Shown piece by piece: positions 20,924 to 32,138 of a stretch of 64,000 bases of DNA. Under the pieces are notes generated by a model. That model searched no databases, had not been told where the DNA came from, and saw only the letters and a list, made by a program, of their open reading frames with translations. A program made the position numbers and the translations under genes. The stretch comes from an uncultured Chthonomonadaceae bacterium (GTDB lineage Bacteria > Armatimonadota > Chthonomonadetes > Chthonomonadales > Chthonomonadaceae): NCBI GenBank assembly GCA_963817895.1, contig CAWFQB010000002.1:96001-160000 (forward strand), given 5' to 3'. Every line of letters starts with the position of its first letter. Within the stretch, counting starts at the first letter, position 1.

Positions 20924-23105
20924 TTAGTGTCCGGTTCGCGCCCGGTCACTCCACTTGTGCCACATAGCGGGATCGGCCAGCATTTTAATCGCCAGCCCGC
21001 CCACAACCGAACGCGCCTGAAACCCGACGTAGTTGGCGTCCGGCGTATTGAACCAGTCTGTGAGCGGAACGCGCCGATTGGTGGCGTTGACGAAATCGTA
21101 CAGGGGCGTCACGAGCGAACGGAAATCTTCGGGCGTGGTGGCGAGCGTGGCTGTCCAGACCGTCCAATCCAGTTTGGTATACGCCTTACGGTTGTCGAGC
21201 GGCAGGCCGTACTTGTTCTGCTTCGTCTTATAAAACTCCACTTCCGAATTCGCGACATTGGTGGGAAACAGGTTCAGGCCGAGCAAACGATCCCATACGA
21301 GATTGTACTTCTGGCTCCACGTTTCCGGGCTGCCGTCGAAGGTCAGCTTGTAGTGGTCAGCGGCCTTTGCCATATCCTGCCAGCGCGCGGCGAACTCCCG
21401 CGCGATTTTGCGGTACGCATCGCCCTCGTCTTTATGCCCGGTCATATCGCACAGCAGGGCATACCCGCCCAACGCCTCAATCGCTTTGAGAGACAAATTG
21501 GTGTTGTGGGCGAGATGCCCCGCAAAATCGTCCGTGCAGAGTTGATTTTCGGGGTCAAGTCCCCTGTCGCGCAAATACGCGGCCCACCGGGTCAGAACGG
21601 GCCAGTATTTGTTGGCGTAATCGGCGTTGCCATCCGCCTTCGCCATTGCCGCCAGCATCAGGATCATGTTGCCGGTTTCTTCTACGGGCATCTGGTCGCG
21701 CTCGTCGCGTTCGCCGCCGCCATACACCTGCCCATTGGCAAGCGGGTACTGGCCCAGATCGTGGGGCGCGAAGGGGAATGTCCAGCGGCTCGACCGGGAG
21801 TAATCCAGCACGGGCGTCAATTGCGCCCGCAGCAGATTGGTGTTGAACAGCAGGAAAAACGGCGAGGACGGGTACAGCACATCTACAGTCGAAATGCAGC
21901 CGTTGCTGAAGTTCTCTTTCGGGAACAGCAGGGGGTTGCCCTGCGCGTCGGCAGCCAACCCGTGCGCCGCCCAACACTCCCGATACGCGAGGGCGACCAG
22001 TCGCTGATACCGTTCGCCGCCCTGTTTCGCAAGGTCGGCCATGAGTTCGCTGTCGAACTTTTTGCACTGCGCGTCTACGGTTTTGTACTGCTGTTCGGCT
22101 GTTGTCAGCAGTTGTTCCGCCGTCATGCCGTTGCGTTTCCAGTAGGGCAGCAGATTTTTGCCAAGCAACTGCGCTTCGTACAATTCGTCATAGGCCAGCA
22201 GAATGTGGCGCGACACGGGATTTTTGCCCACCGTGCCGAGCGAAATGGTGTTGGTAATGGCGGGCCAGCCGTTGCGGGCGGGGCGCGGAAACGTCAGCAG
22301 TTCCAAATCCGGCTTGCTCAACCCGGCGAAAATATCGCGGCTCGCATCGGCAGGCATAACGCCCTGCTTCGGGCTGCCCTGATTTTGCGGCACGGCCACA
22401 TAGAAATAGCCATAATCAATGCGCAGGTTGTCGCCCGATTTTGCCAGAACCTTCTGGTCTTCGGTTCCGATTTTGCCGACAAGCAACCCATTGCGCGTGA
22501 ACGTGGTTTCGTTGACGGCCTGATCGGTCGTGTTGACCGCCCATTCGCCCGTGCAATCGAAATACAGCGTTGCCGGATGGCTTTTGCCGTCAATGGATTC
22601 CGCGCTCCACGTTACATAGGTGACGGGGCGCGACAGAACTTCCAGATTGGTGGGCAGAAGCGGCGACAAAAACGTGACGTTGAGCCGAACTCCGCCGCCC
22701 TCCATGTGGTAAATGCTGCGCGTGGGGTAGATTTCCAGCCCGGTAAACGCCATAGCAGGCACGGCTTTGGGTTCCGGCCCCGCCCAGCGATAAGGCTTGT
22801 CGTCAATGCGGATTAAGCCCTCCAGCGGCTGCACGGCCCCGGTCCAGTGCCGCGTAAAGTCATCCGTCAGGCTAGTTGGCGTTCGACCACACGCTGAAAT
22901 AGGGGCTGTGGGTAACGAGCGGCACAGAGGGGGGGCGAAAATCCCCACGCTCTTCAGTGGGAGATTTGGGTATGTTGCGTTTCTGCGCGTCCGCGTTTAG
23001 TGGCAACGCGAACAGGGACGCGGACAACGCGAACGCGCATGCCGTCAGCGACAATCCACTCCGTTTACCATCTCCTGTGCGCCTTAACAATTGAAAAAGC
23101 CTCAT
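20924..23105 (-). CDS. Glutaminase GtaA-like (DUF5127/DUF4965) secreted protein; frameshift near 22935
   Basis: [72 protein letters not shown]-run at the junction. Confidence 0.88.
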
Positions 23106-23166
23106 GTTTAGTCCTTATATCCGTTGCATTATATGCAATAACACTCTAACACGATAGAATGCACAG

Positions 23167-23245
23167 GTAGGGGCGTTGCTTGCTGCGCCTTCTTCGAGGA
23201 GGGTTCAGCCTTCTTCGAGGAGGGTTCAGCAAGCAGAACCCCTAC
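23167..23245. repeat. REP doublet (GTAG...CTAC, REPIN-like)
   Basis: GTAGGGGCGTTGCTTGCTGCGCC ... GGGTTCAGCAAGCAGAACCCCTAC with an internal 21-bp tandem duplication. Confidence 0.75.
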
Positions 23246-23285
23246 AAATTATCCTTACATTCTACCAGTTCAGAGTAATAGGTTC

Positions 23286-24234
23286 TTAGAGACGGCCACT
23301 CTGGAGGGCTGTTTCCCCGGCTTTCCCCAGATACTTGTCGAACCAGTCCGCCAGTTTGGGGAAATCCGTTTCAATACCGGGCCAGCCGTGCGCTTTGCCG
23401 GGCCGTATTTCCAACTGGTGTGGAACTTTCAGCGTTTCCAACTTCGCCATGAGAATCTGGGACTGCTGGTAGCGGTACAAGCATGTCGGCGTCGCCGTGA
23501 ATGATGAGCGTGGGCGGCATTTTGGCCGTGACGCTGTAAATCGGGGACGTTTCGCGCGCGATGCGCTCACGGTCGGCTTCGGGAGTTGCGTCGGTCACGC
23601 CGAAGGCCGTCCAAAAGCCTCGAAGCGTGTCAATCTTGACGGCGTTGGCTCCGGTCTTGCCGTAATTGAGAAAATCTGTTGGCGGAAAGAAGCAGGCAAC
23701 GGCCTGAACGCGGCTGGAAACGCGGTCTACCGGGTCTTTGGCAGTGGGGGAACCCTCGGTTCCCAACGCGCCTGCCATGAGGGACAAATGCCCGCCCGAA
23801 CTTGCGCCCGAAATGCCAAGCCGGTTCGGGTCAACTCCATATTCCGCCGCATGAGTGCGGATAAAGCGAACGGAGCGCTGAATGTCCTGCACGATTTCAG
23901 GGATGGTGAATTTGGGCTGCGTTCCGTGAACAACCTCGAACACGGTCTGCCCCCTGTCCGTAAAGAACTTCGCCACGCCAGGATTGATAGCCTCATGCGA
24001 GGACACCCATCCGCCGCTGACCATGAAGAGGACGCCGATGCCATTGGGTTTGGCAGGCTTGAAGACATCCATCGTCAGCGCGACGCCCATCTTGTGTCCG
24101 TAAATAACGTCGCTAATGCGCGTAGGTTCGCCCTGCCGCGCTCGAAAAGCCCCGTTTTGCTGCGCCCGCGCCCCGCATCCAGGCAGCAGCAACAGCAGCG
24201 CCCACGCCAGAAATCCCCATCGTAGTCTACGCAT
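23286..24234 (-). CDS. Alpha/beta hydrolase (esterase/lipase, BD-FAE-like); frameshift near 23475
   Basis: SGGW, GASSGGHL nucleophile elbow, HGDAD, and GKAHGW in the next frame. Confidence 0.88.
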
Positions 24235-24429
24235 CCTCTTGTACCTTTCTGTGATTGTTGATGTTCGGCAAGAATATACCCGAAAATAGGAGACTCGGTG
24301 GAACGTCACTAAAGACAGGCGTTTTCAACGCCCGGTCAGCCAGAAGGTGTCTTTTATTGTACGCATACAGGCCGGGAGTGTTTCCGCCGCGCAAGTTGCC
24401 GGGTATACTGGAAGGGAAAAGGGAAGAGT

Positions 24430-24494
24430 AGATAGGAGATACGAGATACAAGCCCAACACCCGAACGCCTGAACACCGAACACCGAACACCGAA
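24430..24494. repeat. Heptamer tandem repeats (AGATAGG, then CCGAACA)
   Basis: Read directly; the CCGAACA/TTCGGTR family also occurs at 38502-38543 and 44433-44463. Confidence 0.8.
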
Positions 24495-24517
24495 AGTTGT
24501 AGGAAAGAACATCTACT

Positions 24518-25360
24518 TTGAAGATTACAAAGGCTGTGATTACGGCGGCGGGGCGCAATCAACGCGCCCTGCCCCTGCAAATGCTCATAGATCGCGATGG
24601 GACGCAAAAATCCGTGCTTGCCATTCTGCTGAACGAGACGTGGCAGGCGGGCATGGAGGAGTGCTGCGTTGTGGTTTGTCCCGGCGATGAGGCCGCGTAC
24701 CGCGACGCGGCGGGCGAACACGCGCCGCGCCTGCACTTTGTCGCGCAATCCGAACCGCGCGGCTACGGCCATGCCGTGTACTGCGCCCGCGATTGGGTGA
24801 AAGACCAGCCGTTTCTGCACATGATCGGCGACCACATCTTTGTCAGCGATACAGGCGATTGCTGCGCGCGGCAATTAGTAGAAACCGCCGAATCGCAAGC
24901 CTGCGCCGTGTCCGGCGTACAGCCCACGCGAGAAACGCTTCTGCCCCTGTTCGGCACGGTCGGCGGGCAGCGCGTAAAAGGCACACAGGACTTGTTCACG
25001 ATTGAACAGGTCATAGAAAAGCCCACGCCCACGCAGGCCGAGCAGACCCTGTTCGTGCCGGGTTTGCGCACGGGACACTATCTGTGCTTTTTCGGCATCC
25101 ACGTCCTCACGCCGCTTGTGATGTCTCTGCTGGAACAGCACATTGCGGACGCGCCGGATACCGCTTCTATCGCCCTGTCGCCCGTCCTCAACGAACTGGC
25201 GCAGCGCGAACGCTATCTGGCTCTGGACACGCAGGGACGCCGCTATCCCCTCGATGCCCGCTACGGCCTGCTCACCGCCCAACTCGCCCTCGCCCTCAAC
25301 GGACAGGACAGCGAAGAGGTTCTCGCCGGTTTATGCGAACTGCTGGCGCAACGAAAGTAG
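24518..25360 (+). CDS. Sugar-phosphate nucleotidyltransferase (GalU-like)
   Basis: [22 protein letters not shown] and IEKP motifs. Confidence 0.85.
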   Translation: MKITKAVITAAGRNQRALPLQMLIDRDGTQKSVLAILLNETWQAGMEECCVVVCPGDEAAYRDAAGEHAPRLHFVAQSEPRGYGHAVYCARDWVKDQPFLHMIGDHIFVSDTGDCCARQLVETAESQACAVSGVQPTRETLLPLFGTVGGQRVKGTQDLFTIEQVIEKPTPTQAEQTLFVPGLRTGHYLCFFGIHVLTPLVMSLLEQHIADAPDTASIALSPVLNELAQRERYLALDTQGRRYPLDARYGLLTAQLALALNGQDSEEVLAGLCELLAQRK

Positions 25361-25384
25361 GGTTTTAGGGTTTTAGGGTTCTAA

Positions 25385-26513
25385 TGGACTAATCAGTTAA
25401 ACATGGTACATAGCACTGGAAAGTTGTGCTGTTCCAGAAGCGAGCAAGGAAATTCTGCTGTCTTCAAGTAGGTTTCGAACTCTTCAGCTAAAACGGCAAG
25501 CGTCGCACATTGATGGTTGTGTCCGACCGCTTTTCTGGCGGCTTTCCAGACATGTTCCTGCGGGTTCAACTCCGGGCAACCGGGTGGAAACCACAGGACT
25601 TCCAAGCGCGGGTTCGCTTCCAGAACCGCGCGAACCGCTTCGCCTTTGTGCCAGGGAGCGCGATCCCATAACAGCAGAAGAGGTAAGTTCGGGTAGGCGT
25701 CGAGCAACTTCTGCAAGAACAAGGCGGATACCTCGCTGTTCATCAAGGCGGAGCGCAACAGGGTTTCCTTGCCGGTTGCCATATTGAGTGCTCCGTAGAA
25801 GTGCGTGTTGTCCCGACTGGCACTTACGGGCACAACCGGCGTGTGGCCTTTCTTGGCCCACACGCGCATCAAGGTGGCTTGCAGGTACGCGCTGGCTTCG
25901 TCGCCCGCGAGTAAGATCGTCTTGGGCGCGTTTAACGCCACATCGAGGATTTTTTTTCCAGGTGTTTCTCGAATTCCATGAGCTTGGTCGCGTTGTGGCT
26001 CTTATATTGTTTCTCAGGACGCTGGTAGCTCATCTCGCAGGTACGCAGCAGGGTGCGTAAGGACGTCCGGCTCTGGTATACAACGTTGTAGTCACGGGCT
26101 AAGAGGGTGACAAGATCGGAGACACTCCAAAACTGCCCGTCCCCCTGACATTTCTCCTTGCCCAACAACTGAGTGGGAGTGTAGCGATGCAACTGGTTCT
26201 GCAAGGCTTCGAGTTGTTCGCCCGATAGACGCGCCCGGTTGCCGCCGCGTCGGGCATCCACGAGCGCGGTGAGGCCGTGTTCCTGATAGGCGCGTGTCCA
26301 GCAGAATAGGCGAGTACGGCTACACCCGCAGATGTCTTGGATTTCGGCAACAGAGTAGCCCAAGCCATACAGACGAACAGCTTGGTAGCGGCTTTTAGTG
26401 TTAGCATCCTTGCAATGCAGGTATGCAGCGTTCAATGCGTTGGCGTCGGCTTCATTGAGGTGAAAAGTTCGTTGGCTCATACCTCAGTGTACCATGTTTA
26501 ACTGATTTGTCCA
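25385..26513 (-). mobile_element. IS630-family insertion sequence
   Basis: 26-bp terminal inverted repeats TGGAC(T/A)AATCAGTTAAACATGGTACA; TAA on both flanks (25382-25384, 26514-26516); HTH orfA plus DDE orfB. Confidence 0.93.
25393..26480 (-). CDS. IS630 transposase, orfA/orfB joined by a -1 frameshift at A8 (25950-25957)
   Basis: Winged HTH, GDEAS, LWDRAPWH, PELNPQEHVW; a -1 slip gives LEKKILDVALNAP; the stop lies inside the left inverted repeat. Confidence 0.9.
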
Positions 26514-26596
26514 TAAGGTTTTAGGAATGGGGTTCAATTTTGCTGATAACCTGTTCCCTGTTACCCAACATCCTAAAACCCTAAAACCCTAAAACC

Positions 26597-29500
26597 ATGA
26601 CTCACCACCTTGTAAACATCATCACGTCCGCCGATCCCGACATGCGCGACCGTTCGCTGGCGGAGTTTGCCGAACGCGCCTCTTTGGAAGAACTGCTGGC
26701 GGAGTGTGATGCGCTGGAAACCCTGCGCAGCCACAGCGAGAACCTGTACGAACGGGTTCGCGCCTGCTTCTTTTTGTATGCCATTCACCGCTTTCATCTG
26801 CCCGCCAAACCCGCGCTACCACCAAGCGGGCATTTGCCGTTCGACAGTTACCTGTTGCTGCTGGAACGCCGTTTTGAGGAGGCGCTGACCCTTCTGCTGC
26901 ACATTCAGCGCGAACAGGGGCCGAGCGACACCCTTTCCAGCGCCCTTGCGTCGGCGTACCATCGTCTCGCGTTCCAGAATCTGGCGGATCAGGTGCGGCG
27001 CAGCGTCCGCTCGGCAAAGGGCAACCAGTGGATGTTCCGCATCGGCCATCCCGCCGACCAGCCGCTTTGTATCCGCCCCGAACTGACCCAAATCGCGCCC
27101 GGAAGCCCGTACCCCATCCTGCGCGAAACCACCCCCGTCCGCATGGACCTGACCCATAGCGCGTGGAGCGACATTTTTTTCCTCGGCATGGACTACCCCG
27201 AAGGCGCGCGCGTCCTGAACGTGTCCATTGATCTCGCAGTGCGTGGGGAAGAAAAGGAGAAAAGGAGAAAAGGAGAAAAGGAGACAGAAGAAACCGATTC
27301 ATCCCTCATCCCTCATCCCTCATCCCTGAATATCCCCCGTCCGCCTGTTGAGGCTTACCTGCGCGTCATTGAAGAGCCGGTTCTGCGGCTGGCGAGCGTG
27401 GATTTGGGCGTGTCCGCCGATATTACGCATCTGGACGAGGTGTTCGACTTTGCGCGGGATTATCTGGGACTGCTGAAAGCCGCGCTGATCGCGTCCGGGC
27501 TGGTTCCGCCGGGAATCGAAGGCTCGGAGCAGGATTTGGGCGATTTGCTGGCGCGGCTGGTGGGGCCGGGTAAGGGGCTGGAATTGGTCAGCAACGTCAA
27601 CGGCATCCCCAAAGGTTCGCGCCTTGCCGTGTCCACCAATCTGCTGGCCGCGCTGATTACGGTTTGTATGAGGGCGACAAGTCAGACTGGCGATATTGAA
27701 GGGCCATTGCAGGAGAATGAGCGGCGACTGGTTGCGGCCCGCGCTATTTTGGGTGAATGGCTGGCGGGTTCCGGGGGCGGCTGGCAGGATTCGGGCGGCG
27801 TGTGGCCGGGTATCAAACTGATTGAGGGGCAGGATGCGCGGGAGGGCGATCCCGAATGGGGCGTCAGCCGGGGGCGATTGTTGCCCACGCACAGGATTCT
27901 GGATCGGCAGGACGCATCGGACGAAACCCGGCGCAAATTGCAGGACAGCCTTGTTCTGGTACACGGCGGCATGGCGCAAAACGTCGGGCCGATTCTGGAA
28001 ATGGTCACGGAAAAATACCTGCTGCGCGAACAGCCGGAATGGACGGCGCGGCACGAGTCGCAGCAGGTGCTGGAAGACATTCTTGTAGACTTGCAGAGCG
28101 GCGACATTCAGGGACTGGCGGACGCGACCACGCGCAACTTCTTCGGCCCCATACAAACCATTATTCCGTGGGCAAGCAACCTGTATACGGAAACTCTGAT
28201 TGAGCGGGTGCGGCAGGAATTCGGCGCGGATTTCTGGGGCTTCTGGATGCTGGGCGGCATGTCGGGCGGCGGCATGGGTTTCATCTTCGCGCCCGAACGC
28301 AAACAAGAGGCGCAGGCAAAACTACAGCAGATTATGTCGCAAACGCGCCGCAAGTTGGAACACGCCCTGCCGTTCGCCATGGAACCCGTTGTGTATGATT
28401 TTGCTATTAACGAACAGGGAACGACGGGTACGCTGCTGAACGCCTTGAACGCGCCCCTGCCACCCGCCTACTACACCATGATGATTCCCCAACTCATGCG
28501 TCTCGACCCGCGCAGCCTGTCACTGTCGCGCCGCGCGGAACTGGAAGCCTTCGGCGCTGCCTGCCGGACGCGCCCCGAACTCAGCGGCACGGTGCAAACC
28601 CTCGTTGACCGACTGCTGCCCGAACAGGCGAAAGAGGCCGGAACCAGGCAGGACTTGCAAACCTTGCTGCGGGAAAACGGCTTCGACCCGGTTCAGCACG
28701 AGCGCATCCGGCAGGACTTGCGGCATGGGCGCATCGGATTGGCGCAAAATCGTCTGCCTGTCAGCAGCGACATTCGGGACGTGGAACCCGGCGATGTTCT
28801 GGACGGCATAAGGGCGGTTTCGGACGATATGCGGCTGTTGGGGGAACAGGCGTTGCGGGCAGGACAGGTTGCGGTTGTCACGCTGGCGGCAGGCATCGGC
28901 AGTCGGTGGACGCAGGGCGCGGGCGTGGTCAAAGCCTTGCATCCGTTCGCCAAACTGGGCGGCAAACACCGCGCGTTTATTGAAACCCATCTGGCGAAAA
29001 GCCGCAAAACCGGGACGCAGTTCGGGGCGGATTTGCCCCACATTTTCACCACAAGTTATATGACGCACGGGCCGATAGAGATCGTATCTGAAGGCAGAAA
29101 ACAACTACGGTTATGCCGGCCCGCTGTTGCTGTCGCCCGGACGCGCCATTGGCCTGCGCCTTGTGCCGACCGAGCGCGATTTGCGGTTCGCGTGGGAGGA
29201 GATGCCGCAGCAGATGCTGGACGCGCAGGCGCAAAAGATGCGCGAAAGCGGCCATGTCGCCCTGATCGGTTGGGCGCACAGCGTGGGTGAAGCCTCCGAC
29301 TACACGGACAACCTGCCCGGACAGTGCCTGCATCCGGTCGGCCACTGGTACGAAATTCCCAACCTGCTACGCAACGGCGTCCTCGCCGGCCTGCTGCAAT
29401 CCCGACCCCAATTGCAATATCTGCTGATGCACAACATTGACACCCTGGGCGCGAACGTGGATGCGGGACTGCTTGGCGCATTTATTCAACAGGGCGCGAC

Positions 29501-29990
29501 GCTTGCCATTGAAGTGATGCCGCGCCGTCTGGAGGATCGGGGCGGCGGGCTGGCGCGCGTGGACGGCAAATTGCGGCTCGTGGAGGGGCTGGCAATGCCC
29601 CGCGAAGAAGCCGAGTTCGCGCTCACCTACTACAATTCGCTGACAAGCTGGATACACATTGACGGCCTGCTGTCTGCCTTCGGCCTGACTCGCGACACCC
29701 TGCATGACGAAGCGCAGGTGACGGCGGGAATCCGCGCCCTCGCGTCCCGTATGCCCACCTATGTAACCTTGAAGGACGTAAAAAAACGGTGGGGACACGG
29801 ACACGAAGACGTATTCCCGGTTACGCAATTCGAGAAACTATGGGGTGACATGACTGCCCTGCCCGACCTGAACACCCGCTTCATCGCTGTGTCGCGGATG
29901 CGCGGGCAGCAGCTCAAAGAGCAGGCGCAACTCGACGGCTGGCTCCGAGACGGCAGCGCGGCCCACATCGAATCCCTCTGCCAGTGGTGA
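26597..29990 (+). CDS. GHMP sugar kinase fused to a UDP-sugar pyrophosphorylase domain; frameshift near 29080
   Basis: [31 protein letters not shown] (GHMP); [30 protein letters not shown] (UDPGP-like). Confidence 0.8.
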
Positions 29991-30039
29991 AACAACGTTC
30001 GTCCAAACCGAAAGTTTTACTGATAGGAGTACCAGAAGT

Positions 30040-30583
30040 ATGGAAGATGACCTGACAGAAACAGACAAAGTTCGCTTTCTCCGTCTCACGAATGTTACGC
30101 GCGAAGAGGACGCGCTACAGAACTGCATCCTTGCCGCCTTTCGGCGGAACAAAATCTACCAAGACAATGTTTTGCAGTCCGAGCGTTATGAACTACGCAA
30201 TGATCTCAAAGCGGAGTTACGCAACTTATCAGGATCCTACCTGTTGGGTGGGGTTAGTGAAGCTGATCATGAGGCAAACATTCAGCATTTATCGGATGTG
30301 CTTTCTGCAAAACATGGCGCAATGTTGACAGATGGCAGATTCAAGATTGGAACAAGCCAGAAGGCTTTGAATCTTTACCTCAAGTTTTTGTGGTGCCTTG
30401 ACCACTTGCCTGATGAACCCGTACACTGCCCTGTTGACCGAATTATCCTTACAAGAGTTCTCATTTACGGGGCGTGGACTCAACTTGATGACATTCAGAG
30501 CTACCGCGAATGGATCAGCAGAATACGAGCCGCAGTCGAACCTCAATCTCTTTTCAACATGGGAACTTGGCGCATGGCGGTGA
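30040..30583 (+). CDS. Hypothetical protein with QKALNLYLK/HCPVD motifs (possible HhH-GPD-like fold); probable indel near 30551
   Basis: GGAG RBS; lower GC; removing one T from the T-run gives the C-terminus PQSLSTWELGAWR* at 30583, whereas the uncorrected ORF runs to 30678. Confidence 0.6.
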
Positions 30584-30717
30584 CATTAGCGGCAAAGAAG
30601 CAACGCCATAATGGTTCTATGATCTACTTAACATGGCGACTTTGGCGGGCTAATGAGCAAAGCGCAAACAGGAAGTAAGGAAAAGCCGCTTGACATCTCT
30701 TACAGCGCGTGTTTTCG

Positions 30718-30726
30718 TGGTATAAT
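30718..30726 (+). promoter_or_regulatory. Extended -10 promoter of the RES toxin-antitoxin operon
   Basis: TGGTATAAT 33 nt upstream of ATG 30760. Confidence 0.55.
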
Positions 30727-30759
30727 GAAACTAATACGGCTGTGAGGGGGAACGCTTTA

Positions 30760-31413
30760 ATGTCTGAACAGGGTTTGGCGACATTATCGGCGCGGCCACG
30801 CGGGAATGGCAAGATTGCCGCGCGGCGGCAGATGGTCGAGCAGGTTTTACAGGAAGTGCGGGTTCGTTTGGAACGCGCGCCGGCAGTGGAACTGGAACAG
30901 GTTCTTGCCCGCTGGAAGCAGATGGCTTCCGAGCAAACGCGCGCGGCTTCCCATCGCGTCTCTGACGAAGACAAGCTGGTACTCGCGCTATCGGAGGGAC
31001 AAACGTATTCGCCCGATGAAGAGCTCCGGCTGGAAATCGAAGCGCAGCAGCGCGCGTTTGCCTGCCGTGAAACCCTGCTGCGGGGTTCGCTGACCGCGCC
31101 ACAGGTGGCGCGTCTGTTGGGTACGACCCGGCAAACACCGCATGACCGCGCGAAAAGCCTGACGCTTCTTGCCGTAGAAGATCGGGGCAGCCTGCGGTTC
31201 CCCTACTGGCAATTCGACGCGAACGGCCCCAATGGTACTGTGGCCGGCCTGCCTGCCGTTCTGAAAGCGCTGGACATTTCTCCGCTCGGCAAAGTCAGTT
31301 GGCTGACGCGCCCCAATCCCTCTCTGGAAGGGCGAACGCCACTGGAAGCACTGAAAGCAGGCGAAGCCGAGCGCGTTGTGGATCAGGCGCGAGCTGTGGG
31401 CGTGGGCGGCTGA
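30760..31413 (+). CDS. Antitoxin, HTH plus Xre/MbcA/ParS-like C-terminal domain
   Basis: LTAPQVARLLGTTRQ HTH, FPYWQF, SWLTRPNPSLEGRTPLEAL; one base before the RES gene. Confidence 0.8.
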   Translation: MSEQGLATLSARPRGNGKIAARRQMVEQVLQEVRVRLERAPAVELEQVLARWKQMASEQTRAASHRVSDEDKLVLALSEGQTYSPDEELRLEIEAQQRAFACRETLLRGSLTAPQVARLLGTTRQTPHDRAKSLTLLAVEDRGSLRFPYWQFDANGPNGTVAGLPAVLKALDISPLGKVSWLTRPNPSLEGRTPLEALKAGEAERVVDQARAVGVGG

Positions 31414-31414
31414 A

Positions 31415-32047
31415 ATGGTACTCATCGCGCAACCTCCGCCTGCCACGCCACCGCATCCTTTGTTCCACGTCATTCCCACCGACACCTATCTGGTACGGTT
31501 GTTCAATCCCACACGCTTCGGCACAACGGCCCTGACCTTCAACCACTACGGCCCGCTCAACCGCTTTGATCATCACCGTTTGCCTCCGCCCGGTACGGGA
31601 ACAGGGCAGATTGACCCTGACCGGGGCATCTATTACGCCGGATTCACGCTGTCGTGTTGCCTTGTCGAAGTGTTTGGCGACTATCGGCTGATTGACAATC
31701 CCGCTTTTCACGTAGCGCGTCTGCGCCTCATTCGCCCTCTGCGCCTGCTCAATCTATGTGATAACGGAGCCATGCGCGCCGGTTCCGTGACGGCTTTGTG
31801 CGGCACGGCGGATCGGAGTTTTTCGCAGCAGTGGTCGCGCTATTTTTATGACACGCCGGAGTATCAGCAGTGCGATGGCTTGCTCTTTCACGGCGCGCAC
31901 AACAATGAAAGCGCGGTCGCGCTTTACGAACGCGCTCAGGACGCGCTCGAATGTCCGCCCCAACAGGTGATTGCCCTCAACGCGCCAGCCCTGCGCCCCC
32001 GCCTACTCGACATCGCCGCGCGGCATGATATGGCTGTCCTGATTTAA
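31415..32047 (+). CDS. RES-domain toxin
   Basis: GPLNRFDHH, IYYAG, CLVEVFG, SQQWSRYFY, DGLLF, VALYERA. Confidence 0.85.
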   Translation: MVLIAQPPPATPPHPLFHVIPTDTYLVRLFNPTRFGTTALTFNHYGPLNRFDHHRLPPPGTGTGQIDPDRGIYYAGFTLSCCLVEVFGDYRLIDNPAFHVARLRLIRPLRLLNLCDNGAMRAGSVTALCGTADRSFSQQWSRYFYDTPEYQQCDGLLFHGAHNNESAVALYERAQDALECPPQQVIALNAPALRPRLLDIAARHDMAVLI

Positions 32048-32088
32048 CACCCGGACGTTTCCGCCGGAAGATTACTGTCAAAAACAAA

Positions 32089-32123
32089 CAGGCCGGACAA
32101 CAGAATTTCTGTTGTCCGGCCTG
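32089..32123 (-). terminator. Intrinsic terminator of the tRNA gene, possibly bidirectional
   Basis: CAGGCCGGACAACAGAA-T-TTCTGTTGTCCGGCCTG palindrome followed by TTTGTTTTT on the minus strand. Confidence 0.85.
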
Positions 32124-32138
32124 CGCGCAAGCGGACTA

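Noticed and set aside
23124..23138. TTGCAT-TAT-ATGCAA palindrome upstream of the glutaminase-like gene
   Set aside because: Plausible operator, but a single short instance with no cognate regulator in view.
30690..30726. TTGACA paired with TATAAT as a canonical promoter
   Set aside because: The spacer is 25 nt; only the extended -10 was retained.
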